Source: Dicyema japonicum
Taxonomy: Eukaryota > Animalia > Dicyemida
NCBI GenBank assembly: GCA_011109175.1
Contig: RDEW01000035.1
Coordinates: 124,001-188,000 of the forward strand
Length of the DNA: 64,000 bases
Direction: 5' to 3'
Shown in pieces: positions 36,961 to 48,359 of this stretch. Numbering within the stretch: position 1 is the stretch's first letter; the number at the start of each line of letters is the position of its first letter. Made by a program: the position numbers and the translations under genes. The notes below the pieces were generated by a model. It searched no databases and was not told the origin of the DNA. It worked only from the letters and a program-made list of their open reading frames with translations.

Positions 36961-37179
36961 TTTATATAGCACTTGGACACTACAATTTATCAAGTAGTGG
37001 ATATATACTGCATGTAGATGGTGGTAACTTTCAAACAATGATAGTCCACCAAAGCAGAATAAAAAGATTGTTTTAAATGTCTATTCTAGAAAAAATTTTT
37101 ATCTTTTTTGGCTTAATGTGGAGATTAGAATTAGTTGTTGATTAGGAATGAAAGTAGGTATTGATTATGGTTGAGACTA

Positions 37180-37280
37180 CACTTAGGTATGTCTAGGGAA
37201 CGGATTAGAGATTGACAAGTGAAGGGATAGGGTTATGGTCAAGGTTTGGGTTAGGGATTAAAGTTAGGGTTAGAGATATA
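37180..37280 (+). repeat. Degenerate TTAGGG-like repeat patch
   Basis: atagggttatgg..tttgggttaggg..gttagggttagag. Confidence 0.55.
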
Positions 37281-38243
37281 GATTGACTATTGATAGGTAG
37301 CCAACTAATATAATCAATTTCCTCCTTTCGATAAGTTATCCATAAGCTTCAGCAAGATCAATGGTCTACAAGATCAATGGTCCAATAAATCCTGATGTTT
37401 CGACGCCGACTGGTTTAAAAATGAACTGTCCACCAAGACAGGACAATATGCCATTAATATTATTCCAAATAAGTATTTTTGTATTTATAGTTCAATAGAA
37501 ATAAATATTATTTAATTCCTACAGGTACGTTGAAGTCCGTGGAAAAAACTGAGATGGCCAGAAAGAAGAGATAAAAAAAGCTTCTAGACAGGTTCACGTT
37601 CCGAATTGTCGTGGTTGAAATAACTGGATGAATTGCGAGAAATTGTTTCACTTTCCAAGAAGTATGGACGTCTGGTTACAATCAAAAGTCATGAAATACG
37701 TGAGGCACAGAGGCTTCTGCAGTTTGTCTCCGTCGTCGTAAGAGACGTCAATTAATCGACGGAGAGCATCTAACTATTTATTAAAAGTTATAATAAAAAG
37801 TTGTTTTCTCAAATTAATGCAATTGAATTGACGCCTGCTTTGTACACAAAACAAGATGTTTTCTGATTTTTTTACAGGCAATTAAAATAAATAATTTACA
37901 ATCAAAGCAGTTAAGTACTAGTATAAATTAGTGGGTCAATAATTCTTTTGATGGGACAGATAGTGGTTGAATTGATGATGAATTTGCATAATTACCGGTA
38001 AATAAATATTTTTGTTTATTAATAAGAAAAGTATAGCTTACGGTATGCAAATCAGGTACCCTGGAAGAGCTGGTACGCTTATCACTTTTCAATAAGCCAT
38101 AAATCTTTAAGGGTCGTACTCAGATACTCCAGTTCACAGATTTCTTCCCATTTATGCTATTTGAAGAAAGACTGCCAGATTAACATGACACTCTAAAGTT
38201 AATTGTGGAAACTCTTTTAATAGAGTTACGAGGAGCACATGAT

Positions 38244-39033
38244 ATTATTTCAGATCATCCTATGACTGAGATTCCTACCTTGAATGTCGGCTCTTGAAGG
38301 CAAATTTGTTAATTTCACGATGATTGACGATGTCGAAACCTATATCTTGAAGAATGTTGGCGAATTTTGCACATGTGAATGTCAAATGATACTCCAAAAT
38401 TTGAAGTTATCGCATTGGTGAGTACATTTTTTCACAGATTAATAGAATTGATGGTGGAGAATAGGTCTAGCAAACTGTGTAGCAATCTCAACTATAGTTT
38501 TGTGATCTCTCATCCTCGCTGTTTTCACAATCTATTAAAATGTATTTCCAAATCACTAACTTTTGATTTTCGGAAATACAATCCCGAAGCCGGGTGGCTT
38601 AGTGGTTAGGTGTGGGGCTTAAGTGGCGTAGGCTACGGGTTCGAATCTCGCTGCTGTTCATCTGGTGGAAGGTTCCACGCATCTACGATGCAGAAATGGT
38701 TTGACGAGTGACGCCGTCATCAGTGAATACTCACTGCGGAACTGGATTTGTCTAGAAAGGACACTCACACAAGAAAAAGAAAAAAAAAGAAGTGAAGATC
38801 ATTCCTTGGTTCTACGATTAGTTAAAATTAACTGTTCTTTACTTAAATAAAGTGTGTGTCCTGCCTATGCGGAGCTATAAAATACTATGGCTCTCGTGAA
38901 AAGGCTTTATTATTATTAATCCCGAAAATCGCTTATCCAAGTCTTCGTTCCGATATAGTGCATTATAGAGAGGACGAATGATCTGGACACACTTACGTTA
39001 GTCCATTTTTGAGTAAATAATCGTCCAGAATTA
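38244..39033 (+). repeat. Segment duplicated at 40054-40498; this copy carries the SINE
   Basis: Direct alignment; only a few substitutions and small indels apart from the SINE. Confidence 0.9.
38589..38917 (+). mobile_element. tRNA-derived SINE, full-length, 9-bp TSD AATCCCGAA
   Basis: A-box TGGCTTAGTGG, B-box GGTTCGAATCTC; TSD 38580-38588 / 38918-38926. Confidence 0.93.
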
Positions 39034-40050
39034 GGTGGAGTATTCATCTGAAATATAATAGGCACCGGATAGGCGAGGTAAAACCACAGCAGATAGTTGC
39101 GGAGTCATAAGGTGCAATCTGTAGTAGAGAACACCAGGGTCCAAATTAAGGTAGACAGTGTTATCCGTACCTCGGTGCTAGTCAAGCACAATAAACCGGA
39201 CATTGTGGTACACGATAAGGAGTCTGGCCAAGTCCCTATCATAGAGGTTGGCATTGCGTCTTCAATCGATCAATGAAATAGCATTCGTCCACGTAAATAA
39301 TTACTGTCTTATTATTAAGTCAATAATCACCATGATATTAACAATTTCTACGGGAAGGCCATCAGCAGATCCCATCCTCTCTTAATATTGACCATATTTT
39401 TTATGATGTTTCTCTCTCTTCAAAAATACAGTAGTAGTCTGCAGAGGAAAGTGCTTTTTAAGGGAAACAGCTTTTGCTCAAACAGCACGACAGTGGATGG
39501 TAACCATATGGATCGATCAAACGTCCTCGGCAACATCTTCGCTCAGCACTTACTTTAAGGTCAAAATGGATGGAGGGTTGTATTCTCACTTCTTCGATTC
39601 TTTTGTTGATCAACACTTTTATTTATAAATTCGAGTATTCGATGTCTCTTTAGTCTTCAAGAGACGAAGGAAGACACGGACTTTACCCATCATTATGCCA
39701 CGTCGACTGTATTCGTATAAAAGAACAATATTAACAACAAACACACAGATGCACTCAACTTTAATATCAAATAGAATAAATAAAATATTTCGTATAAAAG
39801 AATAATGGTAACAACGAGCACACAAATATACACTCAGATTTGGAGTTTATTAAATAGATATGAGGAATATTGTACATTTTGTATAGATAGTCTCGATAGT
39901 TAAGCATTATTGGGTATAAAGAAAGCTTAATTGACTCAAATGCATTATTTCTGAATGTGCGTTATGTGAATGGAAATAATCGACAAATATTCAAAATATG
40001 TTAGGCGGAGTCTATTTTTAGAATTTTCTATTGTTTTATGTATATTTTCA
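39032..40050. repeat. ~1 kb segment duplicated at 43209-44210 (R4 REL remnant + CRE remnant + AT-rich DNA)
   Basis: Direct alignment; KHNKPDIVVHDK on plus, CRGRLIDPYGYHPLSC on minus. Confidence 0.9.
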
Positions 40051-41399
40051 CGNATTATTTCAGATCATCCTATGACTGAGATTCCTACTTTGAATGTCGG
40101 CTCTTGAAGGCAAATTTGTTAATTTCACGATGATTGACGATGTCGAAACCTATATCTTGAGAAATGTTGGCGAATTTTGCACATGTGTATGTCAAATGAT
40201 ACCCCAAGATTTGAAGTTATCGCATTGGTGAGTATCACAGATTAATAGAATTGATGGTGGAGAATAGGTCTAGCAAACTGTGTAGCAATCTCAACTGCAG
40301 TTTTGTGAGCTCTCATCCTCGCTATTTTCACAATCTATTAAAATGTATTTTTAAATTACTAACTTTTGATTTTCGGAAATACAATCCCGAAAATCGCTTA
40401 TCCAAGTCTTCGTTCCGCTATAGTGCATTACAGAGAGGACGAATCATCTGGACAAACTTACGTTAGTCCATTTTTGAGTAAATAATCGTCCAGAATTATA
40501 TTTTGTTTGGAAAACAGACTTTCATCTGTTACTACTATCATTCCTTCACCACCGTTAATTAAACAGATTTTATCATAATGAAATGCTTATGCGAAATACT
40601 TTGTAATATTATCTCTTTGATGAGACAAATTTTGAATTTGCATAACTTTTTCTTAACTCACACATGTTTTTGACAATTTAAGAATTCAACGTGAGACTTA
40701 AGTATATAAAATATTCATTATTCACTCTAGAAAAAAATTAAATTTTTGTTGACAGTCGTTTTATTCTGCCTCGAAGGACTACCATGTTTTGTAAGTTACC
40801 ACCGTCTATGTGCACCATTTACTGTTATATGTCCACTACTTCAGTCTCGACAACTAGCAATTGGGCAAATCTTCAAATGAACTTTCTGGAAAGCGACGTA
40901 TGAAGAAATCAATTTTTTAATACTCGAGTATCTGGCGCAACTCTTACTTGTTCAACCTGAACTTTAACACCATGTGAGAAATAAAATAATTTTTTTAATT
41001 TCAAATTACAAAGGGAACTTAAAGTAACAGTTAACAACTGCTGGCTGTTCCGTCCGGTCTTCGGTTGGCTTGAAAAGTCAAAGTGACTCCAATTAGACAG
41101 GAAATCCAACAGCCTCAATCCTCAAGCAATAATTCCGTTGATTGTCGCGTGTCTAGGACTCCTTACGGCACTCCTCCGGCAGTGTGTCATTTTAAATATT
41201 AATAATGTTTTTGATGATTAAAATCAACGAAAATTAATAAAGAGCCGCTCTATTGATTTGAGTTGCTTTTAGCTACTTTAAAATATCAACTATTTTAACA
41301 AAAAATTGCAGCATTCAACTCAGAAAATTCTGAATTTTACACTGTACTAGTTTTTTTCGTTCTAGTTAAGTTCCACGTAGGGATGGTGATAATAAATAC

Positions 41400-41880
41400 A
41401 GTTAACCCTCTAGAAACATTGAAAATGACAGAATTATTCTCTAGAAACATTGAAAATTATCTTCTAGAAAACATTGAAAATACTAAGAGGATATAAGGAA
41501 AATATTTAAAATTCTAATAAGAGGCAATTGGGAATTAAATAAATCTTTTTATTAAGGAAAATAAAGAGAGTAAACGATTATATAGTGGGTGCCTTGACTG
41601 TGTGGTTATTTCAAATCAGGATGGCGAACGAGATTTGCTCAAATAACCAGCAACGCTCACGAGGATCTCCTGTTTGTGTGATATGATTCCCTAGACGACT
41701 CAAGAATTGAGCGTAGCAGGCGCAAGGGAACCAAACTTCTCAACGGCGATTGGAACAAACAAAAAATCCTTGGGTAGGATTGGAATTGAGTATTACTTTA
41801 AAATAATTTATTGGAAATTGAGTAATACTTTGATAAAATTTAATTAATTTTTGTTTTCTTGGTTAAAAATATTATTTTCC
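41400..41880 (+). mobile_element. pogo 3' region fragment interrupted by CRE family-2 (41528-41779, minus)
   Basis: Matches 57165-57335 on both sides of the CRE; ggaatt repeated at the junctions. Confidence 0.8.
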
Positions 41881-43110
41881 TTATTATTATATTATTTAAG
41901 CACTTCACAAGAGCCATACTAATTATAGCCCCGCATGTGCAGCAAAAGAAACAAGGTTAGATGTCATTTTCCATGCTCCCCTGTTCCTAGCCAAGGCTCT
42001 CATGCTGTTCAGGTCGTCGGCATTTGTTAGGTTTTTTTTGATACTGACCAGGTCTTTTTGTAAGACTATTGGCAGTGTTGTTCTTGGTTTCCCCGATAGC
42101 GGCCTTCTTGACTAACATAGTATGTTTCCATAGATATGTTCGGTGGGGAAGTTAATTCCATCCTCAGCACGTGTCCGAAGAGCCTCCATCGGGATTCCAG
42201 TACTTCTAAGCTGATAGGTCTAGTGCTGCATCTCTTATATAAAGCATTCCTAGATATTCTCGTAGGCCAAGTAGTTCCTGTTATTTTTCTCAGCTGACCT
42301 CTGTGGAACGAGTCTAGTTTTTTCATATCCGCTGATGAGGTCGCCCAATTCCAGCGTTATATAAAAGTACGGGTTTTATGAATGAGTCGTATAGTAGGAT
42401 TCTCATTTTCGTGTCGATGCCTTTTTGATTGAGCCATAAATTCTTCAGTTTATATAACGCAGCATTGGCTAGAGTTTTCCTACGTAAAATATCTTCGCTA
42501 TCTCCCAAGAGTGAACCGAGTTTCTTTACTTGTCGCCACTTCTCTTCTAGGACGTTACTCATCCTTCTTATCTCTGTGAGTTCTGTTTTTTCTCTGTTCA
42601 CAGTAAGAAACCATTTCCCTAGTACATCTGGTGCTTTTTCTAATAGGTTTTCTAAGACCTCTTTGTCTTCAGAAATTAGGTCTACATCGTCCGCGTAGAT
42701 TACTTCTTCCGTCTTTCCTTGGTATGACGGTCTAAGTTCCCTCATAGCGGCTTCCAAATAAATTGTGAATAGTAGAGGAGAAAGAGAGTCTCCTTGTGGA
42801 GTGCCCGTATTTGTTTCAAATTTTCTTGAATAGGTTTTTCCGACTCTCACAAGGAGCTCAGTGTTAGAAAGTAGAATTCGGATCATCCTTAGACTCGATT
42901 CATCAAGAAATCCGCCCAGTACCCCCATTAATTTGTTCCTGTTAACCGTATCAAAAGCTCTTGATAGATCAATTCCCAAAATATTGGTGGCGTTACGGTA
43001 TCTTTGATATGTTGCACACCTCCATCTGTGACTCCAGACCGCATCAGCTGTGGATCTCCCTTCTCGAAAACCACTTTGACTATCTGGTAGGTATTTGTAA
43101 GCAGGTCCTT
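41880..43110 (-). mobile_element. RTE-clade LINE, 5'-truncated
   Basis: ORFs 42323..42979 (PQGDSLSP, YADD) and 42066..42326; 3' UTR and (AAT)n. Confidence 0.9.
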
Positions 43111-44249
43111 TTATTCGTTCATGTTTCCTTATAAATAAAATTAATTAATTTAAATTTTTTAATTATCTTAAATAAATTCTTCATCAGTTTTGTAGTGGCT
43201 GTGATGAATAGGTGGAGTATTTATCTGAAATATAATAGGCACCGGATAGGCGAGGTAAAACCACAGCAGATAGTTTGGGAGTCATAAGGTGCAATATGTA
43301 GTAGAGAACACCAGGTAGACAGTGTTATCCGTACCTCGGTGCTAGTCAAGCACAATAAACCGGACATTGTGGTACACGATAAGGAGTATGGCCAAGTCCC
43401 TATCATAGAGGTTGGCATTGCGTCTTCAATCGATCAATGAAATAGCAATCGTCCACGTAAATGATTACTGTCTTATTATTAAGTCAATAATCACCATGAT
43501 ATTAACTATTTCTACGGGAAGGCCATCAGCAGATCCATCCTCTCTTAATATTGACCATATTTTTTATGATGTTTCTCTCTCTTCAAAAATACAGTAGTAG
43601 TCTGCAGAGGAAAGTGCTTTTTAGGAGGAAACAGCCTTGCTCAAACAGCACAACAGTGGATGGTAACCATATGGATCGATCAAACGTCCTCGGCAACATC
43701 TTCGCTCAGCACTTACTTTAAGGTCAAAATGGATGGAGGGTGTATTCTCACTTCTTCGATTCTTTTGTTGATCAACACTTTTATTTATAAATTCGAGTAT
43801 TCGATGTCTCTTTAGTCTTCAAGAGACGAAGGAAGACACGGACTTTACCCATCATTAAGCCACGTCGACTGTATTCGTATAAAAGAACAATATTAACAAC
43901 AAACACACAGATACACTCAACTTTAATATCAAATAGAATAAAATATTTAGTATAAAAGAATAATGGTAACAACGAGCACACAAATATACACTCAGATTTG
44001 GAGTTTATTAAATAGATATGAGGAATATTGTACTTTTTGTATAGACAGTCTCGATAGTTAAGCATATATTGGGTATAAAGAAGGCTTAATTGACTCAAAT
44101 GCATTATTTCTGAATGTGCGTTATGTGAATGGAAATAATCGACAAATATTCAAAATATGTTAGGTGGAGTCTATTTTTAGAATTTTCTATTGTTTTATGT
44201 ATATTTTCACTGAATCTCTAATTATAATCTCAGAGTTAGGGAGAAAGTA

Positions 44250-45480
44250 GTGAAACAATAAATAACTATGAAATGTGGAAAATTAAATGATCAAAGAAAA
44301 TAGAAAAAATTAAAGTTTATTAATGCTACTAATTAAACTTTTTCCACTATCTTTCCTCTTTCTGCTTTTCATGTGTTCAAATAAACAGATATTATCTGAA
44401 CGTTTTCGTATTTTACTAATTCTAAATTATTAATCAAGAATACAATATGAGGAAGAGTGTTGTAAGCAATACGATCAAACTGATACCCGTAATTATCCAT
44501 ACAATTAAATGTTTGATAACAACCATTCTTAACCCCATTTTGAGTGGTTTGCGAGTCATTCGAGGCATTCAAAGCCAACTTCTCTGACTTAAACGAATTG
44601 CGTCTTATTAAATCTTCCCCAATCATATGATTGTCTATGTTTTTTGAGGGTTGACGAGCTGAAATAGATTTCGATAGATTTTTTGTAGAGTTTTGAATTG
44701 ACCTCGATAATTCCACTGTAGTTGTTTGTCTTGTTGAAAGTGTTTCAGTTGGTTTTGTAGGTTTTATAGTCGCTGTAGATGATTCACTCGTTGTAGTTAC
44801 TGATCTTGTGGGTTGGAATGATTCAGTTGAGTTTGTAGGTTCTAATTCGCTGTAGATGTTTCAAGAGTAGAAGTTGACTCGGTACTTTTTGGATCAAAAA
44901 TTGTAGAAATTTTACTTGAATTAGCTTTCTCTGACTTAGTTCCCGTTGTTAATGTAGAAATATTCGATGAGTACGTTGATTTTTAAAACCCAACAGGTCT
45001 AGGCAGGGCTGGAATTTTAGGTGGCAATCCTATAAATTCAAAAGTGAAATAACTGTATTGGCAGATAAATCCATGTTTAATATTGTTTGGTTCACAAATA
45101 CATCGAGATATTAGCCATTTTGATTTTTTTCTTTAATACAACGGCAAGGATTTATTATGTACTTGTAGCGTCCTATTATCTTGTCTATATAATAAATTTT
45201 TGTATTTGAATTTAATTTTGTTAATAAGTCCGTGATGGACGTAAAAACATTTTCATTGTTTACTATTGCCTGAAAATAAGATCAAAATTACAAGCAATCC
45301 TCCTTCACTTAAGCATGAGTGAAATGATTCATGATAATTAAAAGTACTTTCTTTCACAGAATAGCATTTTCCATCAATTTCCAAATCTCCTGAAGGGTTA
45401 CTGAAGTAGTTAGGACATTGACAAGAAACTATAATAAAAACTAAAACAACCAGCAATATTAATGCTTGAAAAGCAATCAT
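44250..45480 (-). CDS. Signal peptide + C-type lectin domain + Ser/Thr mucin-like stalk; damaged frame
   Basis: DGKCYSV..SCLSEGGLLAIV..KWLISRC..GFICQ; introns 45270-45291 and 45030-45053; stop codon and frameshifts in the stalk; 3' end approximate. Confidence 0.75.
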
Positions 45481-45899
45481 TAATAGTTCGATGACATTTT
45501 GTTATAAATTCTAATATTATTTTTATTTTTTCTATTTTATATATTATTTTAAAAATAACATATTTTATTTTATTTATCAACAAATCTAAAAATCTTGTTT
45601 CTTATTTATTAATGATCTATCATTATTTAACGTTTGTCATTTTATTTTATATGTATGATATGCCATTAACCTTCGATCAGTTATTACTTTATTTAATTTT
45701 ATTAAAATAGACATTATTATAAGATATATAGTTATAATTAATATTAAATGACCTTTGACCTTGGTTTACCAGAAGAATACATTCTTTACTACTATTGCCA
45801 GATAATCACAAATTATACATCTTTTCCTCGCATGGTTATGTTCGTCTTTATTATTATCAAAAGCACTTTCACAGAACCAAAGAACGTTACATTAACTAA

Positions 45900-46310
45900 A
45901 GTCCCGTTTGCTTCACTAGGCGTCTACTTTGTGCATCTGTCCGTAATCTTATAGGTCTCTCATATTTAAGTTTTCTTCCAATCCATTAAGATCCTTGTTT
46001 AGAGCCACTGGTAGAGTGACTTTGGGTCTTCCTCTGAACGATGGTTTGTTCTCATTGTTAAAGTAATTGTCCATTATTATATTTGCAGGGGCGTTTATGT
46101 CTATTCTAAGCACGTGCCCAAACAGTCTCAATCTTGATTCAATAATGTCAATGCTTATTGGCCACGATTGTGCCACAGAGTATAATTTCTTATTTGAAAT
46201 CTTTTTGGGGCAACCTAGACCCATTAAATTGCGTAATTGTTTTCGATGAAATATATTCATTTTTCTTGAGCTCTAGCTCCTTGACCCCATGTACCCCAGT
46301 GTGAAGATCA
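45900..46310 (-). mobile_element. RTE 3' remnant
   Basis: FHRKQLR..RLRLFGHVLR..FRGRPKVTLP. Confidence 0.8.
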
Positions 46311-46329
46311 TTCGACATGTGTTGAAAAA

Positions 46330-46760
46330 ACTGACAGTTAACAACTGCTGAATGCTCTCATAATTGAGGAAATATTTCTCCTGACGATTTGCAAGGGAAT
46401 GCGGTAAATGAACCAACTACTTTTTCTCCTATAATTTTTTTCCTGGCTATGAGCGAGCCAATTCTGTTTAGCAGGGCCAGTGACCTGTTTCTTATGATTC
46501 CTGGCGTTTCTACGGAGACTAGTTAAAAATGAACTGTCCACCAAGACATGCGTATTTCTTATCTTTAGGATCTCAGCCTTCTCCGAAGGAGAGCCTGGGT
46601 TAGTTACTGTCGTTACAAGGTTGGAAAGAGAGAGGCTATCGACACAGGTGGCGTCCCATGCAAGGTATATTCCGCTTTCCAATGAAAAGAGAGAAGTCCG
46701 TCCGGTCTTTGGTTGGCTGGGACGAGTCCTAGGGACCAGACTGCCCGAGCCATGCATTTC
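46330..46760 (-). mobile_element. CRE REL remnant
   Basis: LAWDATCVDS motif; similar pieces at 41030-41190 and 37410-37450. Confidence 0.75.
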
Positions 46761-47339
46761 AATGGTTCAGCGTCCGATCGGTTAAATTAGCGTAGGATCT
46801 GGCGTGTGAGACCACTGGAAGCATATGTCGAAGATAGAAAGGCCGGAAGGGCGAGTTCTAGTGGTGAGCGTATTCCGATTCCTCCGTAGCGAAGAGGTAG
46901 TTTGCATTAGCCAGTTTTATCAAAAGGAATGTTGAGCGTTTTTTCAATGGCTGTATATTTGATTAACCAAATTTACAATATTCACATTTTCAAACAAAAT
47001 CATTTTTTTGCTTTTCGTAGCAAATATGACATTTTTACTTTGAATGAACGCCGTCTTTGATTCAGTGCCTTTAAAACCTTTTGATTTTATTTCTCATCTC
47101 TTTTCTTAACGGACATATGGGAGGTCAGAAGCATGAAGTTTCTAAATTGGCATACTATTATACATGCAATAGTCTGAATTCAAATCCTGAATAACCCAAT
47201 TATAGTGGTACTTTGATTATAAAATGCATGCTCTGCGAAGAACGACATGATTATTTGTTTATTTTCAAATATGTCGCGAGCGCTGAGAGTGATCCATCAA
47301 TGTCAAAAATAAAATAATCTATTATATCAAAGTTAACAA

Positions 47340-47990
47340 AAATGCTCGACAAATTCTTATCGGGAAAAAGATCTTATAAATTCTTATCGCCTGGACAAAG
47401 CGGTTTCAGGGAAAAAAGATCAACCGCCGACATAGTATGGACGCACAGATGGTCTGGCGCTATATGTCAGAAATACAAAAAATGCAATAAAAGTTCTGGG
47501 GATCGACATGAGTCGTGCATTCGACTCTGTACACAGGGGACTACTTATTAACATTCTGAATACATTTCTAGACACGGATGATGTTAGAATTATTTCCTTG
47601 CTCCTAGAAGATACTCACCTGGCTGTCAAAATCGGAAATACCGCTTCCAATTTTTTTAAAACCACTCGGGGAGTTCCACAAGGGGATTCGTTGTCTCCTA
47701 TTCTATTTATTATTTATCTTGAGGCTGCACTGAGGGATTTCAGATTATCCATTAAAGGACAATATTATGAGTTGATTTACGCAGACGATCTGGACTTTGT
47801 ATCGGATGATTCTGAATTTCTCAAGTATACATAAACGACTCCTCGATGAACTAAGAGATCTTGCGGAACGGAGAGGCCTTTGGATGTGATTGGTGCAAAG
47901 GGTGGCCGGCGCGGCACAAGGGAACCTTAATTGACTTTTGTTTTTTTATGTGTTCTCGGCAGTGCTGATAATAATAATAATAACAAAAAT
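47340..47990 (+). mobile_element. RTE remnant
   Basis: SPGQSGFR..THRW, VPQGDSLSP, YADD; (TAA)n. Confidence 0.8.
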
Positions 47991-48271
47991 GCTAAGCACT
48001 TCTGCGTTGACATAAGCACGTAAAATTCCTAGGGTTTCGCTGGTGCAGAACACACACTTTATTTAAGTAAATTAATAGATTAGAGGGAGAACCAAGGAAT
48101 GCTCTTCACTTTTTTGTTTTCTTTTTTTTGGCTGTATGTCCCTTTAGACTATCCAGTTCCACAGTGAATCTCCACTGATGACGGCGTCACTCGTCAAGCC
48201 CTTTTAAACTTCCACCAGGTGAACAGTAGAGAGATTCGAACCCGTCACCTAAACACTGCGACACCGGCTAC
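47972..48271 (-). mobile_element. tRNA-derived SINE, divergent subfamily with a different tail
   Basis: B-box and body conserved; internal deletion; alternative 3' tail. Confidence 0.8.
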
Positions 48272-48359
48272 AAAAGTGCAAATTAAATATTATTTTCAAT
48301 GATATCGATTTTTTGTCGTTGTGAATGAACCACTCCCATCTTTCTATTCATTTTTTAAT

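Noticed and set aside
38589-38660. Functional tRNA gene
   Set aside because: A and B boxes present, but no acceptor stem closure, and it continues into a multicopy body with a TSD: a SINE head
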